Part shown: piece after piece, positions 56,131 to 64,000 of the stretch
Layout of the letters: every line of letters starts with the position of its first letter
Position numbering within the stretch: the first letter of the stretch is position 1
Assembly (NCBI GenBank): GCA_012295275.1
Contig: CM022667.1
Span: forward strand, 14,942,001-15,006,000
Reading direction: 5' to 3'
Source: Chrysomallon squamiferum
Lineage: Eukaryota > Animalia > Mollusca
DNA: 64,000 bases
Position numbers and translations under genes: made by a program
Notes under the pieces: generated by a model
Database searches by the model: none
What the model saw: only the letters and a program-made list of their open reading frames with translations
What the model was told of the DNA's origin: nothing

Positions 56131-57542
56131 GTGCGTGTGCCGACTTCTCGCCGATAGAAACAAAGTGAATACCAAATAGATATATTATTTTATTTATTTA
56201 TATTTTAATCAAATGAAATAATATCATTATTTTTATACTGTGAAATAAATAAATAATCAATAGTCACTACAAAAAAGGAAAACAAAGAAAAAGAAAGGAA
56301 ACTATAAGTTTTTCTTACCTGCAGTGGAATCGAAGTAAATAAAGTTAATAGTCACTACAAAAAAAACAATATAGTATAAGTTTCCCTTACTTGCAGTAGA
56401 AACGAAAGTAAACTCTGAACTTTTCAACTACTGAACTGAATCAAATGGTACGTCGCATTTCACTGCGCATGTGCCTGTTCTTTGGTAATAGAGGTATTTC
56501 ACATGTTTATGTGTGTGTCTGCTTCTGTTTGTGTGTAAATGTTCGTAATTAAAAGAAACAGAACATTTACTTACTTACAATTCAGTTTAACCCATCTTTA
56601 GACATTAGCTGTTGTACATGAACTCAGCTGTCTGTCACTGACCCTACAACTCTTCAGTCCTGTCAACAGAACAATACAACACATGAATGTTTTCAGATTT
56701 TATTTATTATTAATGTATGTGTCAGTTTTCATTTAGAAAGTAAAATAAAATAAAGAAAATATAATACAATAAAAAACATTTTCATTTCAAAAAGAAGAAC
56801 ATTAAAAAAATAACCCCCAATGAAACCCCCAAAATCCACATTCTCAAACAATGAAAGACTTATAATTAGAAAAGACAGGCTGAAATCTTGGAAGTCTTTT
56901 CATGTCAAAATTGTTGTTACTTTTAATTTCACTGATGAAATCATTTTACCTTTCCTTACACAGAATTTCAGTTCAAAATGCATGAAGTTTGTCATAAACT
57001 GTTACTACACATTTTTTATTCTGCCAGAAAATATCCAGATAATGAGAAAATCCAAGTACCTAGATATCAATCAAAACATAGTTACTAAAGAGCAAGAAAA
57101 TCAAAATAACTATAGAGAAAGACAATGCACTTATGTATAATGGTTTAGTGCAGTATTATGTAATGTATCTACATGTATATAGGATTACAGTTTGATTAAT
57201 ACACAGAAGGGTACATTACAAGTATGTGAAATTAAAATTATTATTATTATTATTCTTGTTATTATTATTATTAATTTCATTTGTTAAAACCAGGTTATGA
57301 AATATTCAAAATAAACATGATCACAACTCAGTATACTTTTTTGTTATTCTGTAAAACTATTGGGTGGGCAAGCACTCAGGTATTTCAGGTAGTGACTGAA
57401 CAATGTAGCTTTCCATACTGTTCACAATTATTTCTTTTTAATATATAACTGCTGATTTAAGTTTAAGAAGGCCATTTTGAAGACAGATTTCATTTTATAA
57501 ATACCCAATTTAAAAACTACCTTGATCTGAGTTATAGCAACA

Positions 57543-57573
<31 letters not shown>

Positions 57574-58204
57574 TGTTTGTGATATTTAGGATTGCACATG
57601 AAAAGAAACAACTGGTTACTGGTTTAACATATCAGCTGCAGCTTGTATTCTATGTCTGATAAATTTAAAAGAGAAACAAAACATTGTAGGTAACATCTCA
57701 CACTTAATTTTAGCTTCCAACAGAAACCAGATTTATATATATGTGTATGCATGTGTGTGAGTTTAATTATCAAGCAAACAAATAAAACAATGTTTTTTTA
57801 GTGAATCAGTAATTAATAAAGAAGGTGACAAAACAAAGGAAGAAAGAAAGAAAGAAAGAAAGAAAACTAAGAAGAAAAGCAAAAAGAAAGAAAACAGGAG
57901 CATTATGACGCTAATGACAAGGACGAAAAATAAAATAAGAACAATAGTAACAACAACAATAATAAATAAATAAATAAATAAACAAGAAACCTCTGCCCTT
58001 ACTTCTTTGTAATCTTCCTTGCCGCATGATTCATAAATACCGTTACATAAAAGTGACTCCCGTATAGATATATATTATTTTATTTATTTATTATTTTTAT
58101 TTTTGTTTTTATATTTCTTTATTAATTAATGCTAATACATAAAACTGAACTAGACTTTTTACAAATAAAAATTCAAATTCATGAATGAAAAATATATCAT
58201 TTAC

Positions 58205-58235
<31 letters not shown>

Positions 58236-58969
58236 TATTATTATTGTTATTGTTATTGTTATTGTTATTATTATTATTCACATCTTCGGAATATCATACC
58301 GATAATACGATAATACGATATAATTTTTGAAATATCTAAATGTGACAATGATACATACACTCATAATAAACTATTTAAAAAAATAATAATAATAAAAATA
58401 AGGAAAAAAATAAATAAGTAAATAAACTGAAAAATCACATTCAGCGGTCAAGACAAAAACTCTCCATTAAAACATTTATTTTTTATAATGGCCAAAATTT
58501 ATTTTCTATAATAAAACAAGTAACAAACTTTTGTAAAGAAATAAAGTCTATTCTTTCCTAACTCGAGTCAACGTGACTAACCTACATAGCAGTGACCGTG
58601 ACCAGTGAGTTTGTTTCTTTTAAAATCTAACGACACAGAAAACTGAGTATTAAAAATAAACTGTTCATTCTCAAACATTTACCTAATCAACTGATATTTT
58701 ACTAGTTCTGTCTTAATTCATCGCACTAATGTAATTTAATAAATAATTTCAGTTAATGAAAACAAGAAATTTAACAATAAAATAGGTTTAATCTTTCATG
58801 AACCCCTTGTCAAAATTAATATTAATAACAAGATATTTCACATTAAACAGTTACTGAAATAATAATTTCAAAAACAAAACAGAACAAGAAAGAAAAGACA
58901 ATAACAAGAACAAAATCAACTAATAAATACAATTGTAATAACGAACAGCCTGTAACAGAAACCAGAATA

Positions 58970-59010
<41 letters not shown>

Positions 59011-59054
59011 TCTCTCGACTTCTTGCCGGAGAAAAAAAAGTGTCCCCAAATAGA

Positions 59055-59090
<36 letters not shown>

Positions 59091-59357
59091 ATCAAATGAA
59101 ATAAATTAATAAACTATGAAATAAATAAATAGTCACTATTCAAAAGAAAAGTAGTGTATACGTTTTCCTTACCTTTTAATAAGTAGAAACACAAGTAAAA
59201 CTCGAAACTTGTCAACTAACGACGTGACCTAAATAGCGGTATTTCGCTTTCCACAGCGTAAAAATAAACATTAACACATAACACTGAACTAGACTTGCTC
59301 CAAATAAAAATTCAAATTCATAAATGAAAAATATATCATTTCCTATTATTATTAATT

Positions 59358-59388
<31 letters not shown>

Positions 59389-59763
59389 TTATTATTATTA
59401 TTATTCACATCTTCGGAATATCAAACCAATAATACGATATCATTTTTGAAATATCTAAATGTGAAAATGATACATACACTCATAATAAACTATTTAAAAA
59501 ATAATAATAATAAAAATAAGGAAAAAAATAAATAAGTAAATAAACTGAAAAATCACATTCAGCGCCCAAGACAAAAACTCTCCATTAAAACATTTATTTT
59601 TATAATGGCCAAAATTTATTTTCTATAATAAAACAAATAATAAACATTTGTAAAGAAATACAGTCTGTTCTTTCCTAACTCGAGACAACGTGACTAACTA
59701 CATAGCAGTGACCATGACCAGTGAGTTTGTTTCTATTAAAATCTGTGTGTGTGTTTTGTGTGT

Positions 59764-59799
<36 letters not shown>

Positions 59800-59836
59800 T
59801 CTTCTTGCCGGTAGAAAAAAGTGTCCCCCAAATAGA

Positions 59837-59885
<49 letters not shown>

Positions 59886-60688
59886 GTTATTATTATTTAT
59901 TATTAACATTATTAAATCAAATAAAATACTATTAATTTTATACTGTGAAATAAATAAATAATCAATAGTCACCATTCAAAAGAAAAGTATAGTATACGTT
60001 TTCCTTGCCTGCAATAGAAACACAAGTAAAACTCGAAACTTGTCAACTAACGACCTGACCCAAATAGCGGTATTTCTCTTTCCACTTTGTTTGTACCCGT
60101 TTCTAGGTAATAGACGTATATCGTATTTCACTGTACTTGTACCCGTTGCTCGGTAATAGAGGTATATCGTATTTCACTGTACTTGTACCCGTTGCTCGGT
60201 AATAGACGCATTTCATATGTTTATGTATGTGTCTGCTTCTGTTTGTGTGTCATTGTTAGCACACTTAATCGTAGCCTTCAACAGAAAAAATTGGTATATA
60301 TTATTTTTATTTTTTTAAATAATAAGTTTAATTATCTAGCGAACGAATAAAACAACAACTTTTAATCCATCAGTAACTAATAGATAAAGAAAGAAAGAAA
60401 GGAGGAAGGAAAGAAATAAAAAAGAGAAGAAAAGCAAAAGGAAATGAAACAGGAAGATGATTACGATAATCACAAGGCCGAATAAGATGGACAGAATGAA
60501 AATACATTAATAAGTAAATAAGTAAATAAACAATTAAACAAAAAATGTCTACCATTACTTCTTATATATATAAAATGACTTCACCCGTTAGATAAAACTG
60601 ATTCCAATGCAGATGTATTATTTGATTAATTGATTGTTTTAAATTGTTTTGTTTTTATATTTCGTTATTAATTAATTAATTAATGACG

Positions 60689-60728
<40 letters not shown>

Positions 60729-62811
60729 ATAATAATAATAACAACAACAACAACAATTTACAGATTCTCAACACAGAGACACTGTTTGCTTTTATCTATT
60801 TATTGTTGTTGTATATCTTTATTCCACGTTTGAGGATAGAAGCGTTCAATGTGAAAACTTCATAACATAAATTAAAAAAAAATATATTACCACTTAACAC
60901 TGAACTAGACTTGTTACAAATAAAAAGTCAAATTCATGAACGAAAAATATATCCTTTACTATCATTATTAGAAGTAGTATTATGATTAGTATTCACATCT
61001 TCGGAACACCAGACCGATAATGCCATATCATGTAAGAAATATCTGAATGTGACAGTGATAAATATTACTCATAATAAAATATTTTAAAAAGAAAAATAAT
61101 ACTAAGAATAAAAATCAAAGATAAAACTAACTAAATAAATAAATAAATAAACTGAAAAATCACATTCAGCGCTCAAGACAGAAACTTTCCATTAAAACAT
61201 TTATTTCTGATAATGGCCAAATTTTATTTTCTATAATCAACACAATAATAAGCATTTGCAAAGAAATGAAGTTTGTTCTTTCGAAACTGTATCTACGTGA
61301 CAAAGCTACATAACAGTAACCTTGACAACTGACCTTGTTTCTTCAGAATCTAACGATTATTAAAATAATAATAATTTCAAAAACAAAACACAACAAGAAA
61401 GAAAATACAAAAATAAGAACGAAATCAACTAATGAATATAATTGTAATCAGGAATTGCGTCCAAGAGAAACCACATTAGTGTGTGTGATTAGAATCGAAG
61501 TAAATAAAGTTAATATCACTAAAAAATACAATATAGTATAAGTTTCCCTTACTTAAAGTAGAAACGAAAGTAAAACTCTGAACTTGTCAACTACTGAACA
61601 GGCCCAAATAGAGGTACTTCGCATTCTACTGCGCATGTGCCCATTTCTGGGTAATAGAGGTATTCCACATGTTTATGTGTGTGTCAGCTTCTGTTTGTGT
61701 GTAATAGTTAGTAATTAAAAAAAACAGAACATTTACTTACTTACAATTCAGTTTAACCCATCTTTAGACATTAGCTATTGTACACGAACACTTGAATTTG
61801 TTTCAGTCTTGTACAGTACATTGTACACTTATAATATTCTAATTAATAGTTTTACTGACAATCACATTCATTACACTTGAATTTGAAACGTGAATGTCTG
61901 TTTATGTTTAAATGTAAGTAGTTAAAAGAAACAGAACATTTACTTACTTAGAATTCAGATTAACCCATTTTTAGCTTTGAACATCAACCCAGCTGTCTGT
62001 CACTGACCATACAACTCTTCAGTGGTGTCAATAGAACAATACAAAACATGAATGTTTTCAGATTTGATTTATTATTAATGTATGTGTCAGTTTTCATTCA
62101 GGAAATAAAATAAAATAAATAAAATAAAATACAATAAAAACATTTTCTTTTCAAAAAACAAATAAATAAATAAAAAATCCTCTGTATCCAAAAATGAAAG
62201 TTATAATTAGAAATCTTTGTTACGTTTGTGTGTGTGTGTTAATTATACAAGTATCTATTTATAGTGACAATTTATAACTTCATGGTGACTATGTGTCTGA
62301 TTAAGTATCGTCGTGGTACAACTGAAATTTATGGTGTAATTATCTTATTTGTATCACACTTGCACAGAACTTCCATTACTTTATCATCTTTACTGGATAC
62401 ATGTAACTATACCCAATTCATGTACTTATAGAATGCAGAGAGAGGTAACTACGACTTACAGTAACAACAAATTGTAAGGGAAATAATTCAAAAAGAATAA
62501 TTAAAATAGGTGAATTATCGTTAACAACTTCTTAACTGTCTGTAATAAAAGTTAAGCTCCACTAAATTTCTGTAAACAGTATTGAGAACTGTTTTATAAT
62601 AAAGAGTAGCGTTCATTCTTTGTAACTCATCATTCTAATCTTTCATGATTCCTGTGTGAAAAGTGTGACAAGATATTCCACATTAAACCGTTACTAAAAT
62701 AAAAATAATTTCAAAAACAAAAGAATAATGAAGAAAAAACGCAACCAAGAACAGAATCAACTAATAAACACAATTGTAATAAGGAGTAGCCACGAACAGA
62801 AACCAGATTAA

Positions 62812-62852
<41 letters not shown>

Positions 62853-63330
62853 CGATTCTGTCAAATAAAATAATATAATTAAATTTTATACTGTGAAATA
62901 AATAAATAATCAACAGTGACTATATATATATAGTATAAGTTTCCTTGACCTGCAGAAGAAACGTAAGTAAATAAACAGTCAACAGTCACTATGAAAAAAC
63001 TTTTCCATACCTGCTGTAGAAGCACAAGAAAAAATTATAACTTGTCGACTAATGAAGTGACGCAAATAGTGGTATTTAATACCTCAAAAACGCATGTATC
63101 ATTTTCTTATTTTAAATACTATATTTGTAAGCATGTATTTTGCATTCCACTGCGCATGTGCCCGTTGCTGGGTAATTCGAGGATGCAAATCGCGGGACGT
63201 CGTCAAAATAGCCCTACTTGGAAACTGGGGGGGTTGGGAGTTGGTGGTAAAAGCAATCATACAGAACTGGGGGGGGCCATTAATTGTTCCAGTGGCAGAA
63301 GTGCGGGAAATTCGTTATCTTTCCATCTCT
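53570..63330 (-). repeat. Patchwork of tandemly amplified promoter, 5'UTR-exon and intron modules upstream of gene B
   Basis: UTR exon occurs three times; NRF1-like motif at 56464, 61630 and 63151; donor module at ~56318, 59172, 60008, 61552 and 62949. Confidence 0.75.
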
Positions 63331-63382
63331 GCATATCAGAGACGTTTGTGGGCAATCACTTCACACAGAAATGAAAATAATC

Positions 63383-63455
<73 letters not shown>

Positions 63456-64000
63456 TGTTACTGCAGTCAATCTGTACAAATGTTACCTTCGAGTATATTG
63501 TTCAGTCCCTGTGCCACATAATCCTCTAAGGCAAAGCAGTTACTTGGTTACATGTTTCACCTTGCCTGAAAACAATTGTACATTCAGTTGTGATACATGT
63601 GTGTTGACATATATTATTTACAGCAACTATGTATTCATTTAATTGCTAAAAAATTTAAAATTAGTGCATTTATGTTTTAATATCACAAAAACCACCTAAT
63701 TATTTGTGTACGAAATTAATAACACGGTTCAGATAACTACACAGAACAACCGTTTCAAAATAAACGTTTTTTTTATAGGTTTTTGACTTTTATACTTGTG
63801 CGTGTTTGTACTAATTACACCTAACAGTAACCGTAATTTGACAACTAACCTATAAGGAAATAAGTAGCTACCATTTCCTTCATAAATAAAATATTTAATT
63901 AATCATGTTCAGTGTTGATTATGGTGTGTGGCCATGTTGTCAGTGTTCAGTCAGAGATGTGTCTATAACAAATACTCTGGCTGTAAATGGTATCACTGCA

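Larger units (their letters stand above)
41750..64000 (+). repeat. Segmental duplication copy B (runs off the window end)
   Basis: See copy A; the last bases of the window match 36923-36962. Confidence 0.9.

Overview
AT-rich, microsatellite-dense animal genomic DNA. It is probably a mollusc, inferred from the gene family and repeat content and not proven. The window holds a direct tandem segmental duplication (copy A ~12.0-37.0 kb; copy B ~41.7-64.0 kb). Each copy carries one minus-strand gene for an NLR-like protein: a STAND P-loop NTPase of nSTAND3 type, a helical linker and a C-terminal ankyrin array. The ORF track misses three small upstream coding exons joined by phase-1 introns. Spliced, they give a ~70-aa N-terminus with no death-fold domain but with a RHIM/cRHIM-like amyloid motif (LTVSNSKNVVLGDQ in A; TVSNSKNVVFGNQ in B). 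The ankyrin array lies in one giant exon built from a two-repeat unit with swappable hypervariable inserts, about 26 units in A and about 7 in B. The best candidate for a new system is therefore an animal amyloid-motif-STAND-ankyrin receptor with a recombining sensor, resembling fungal amyloid-signalling NLRs. Both copies contain frameshifts that may be consensus errors. The rest is satellites, Tigger/Tc1 relics, amplified promoter and 5'UTR modules, and a few orphan exon candidates.
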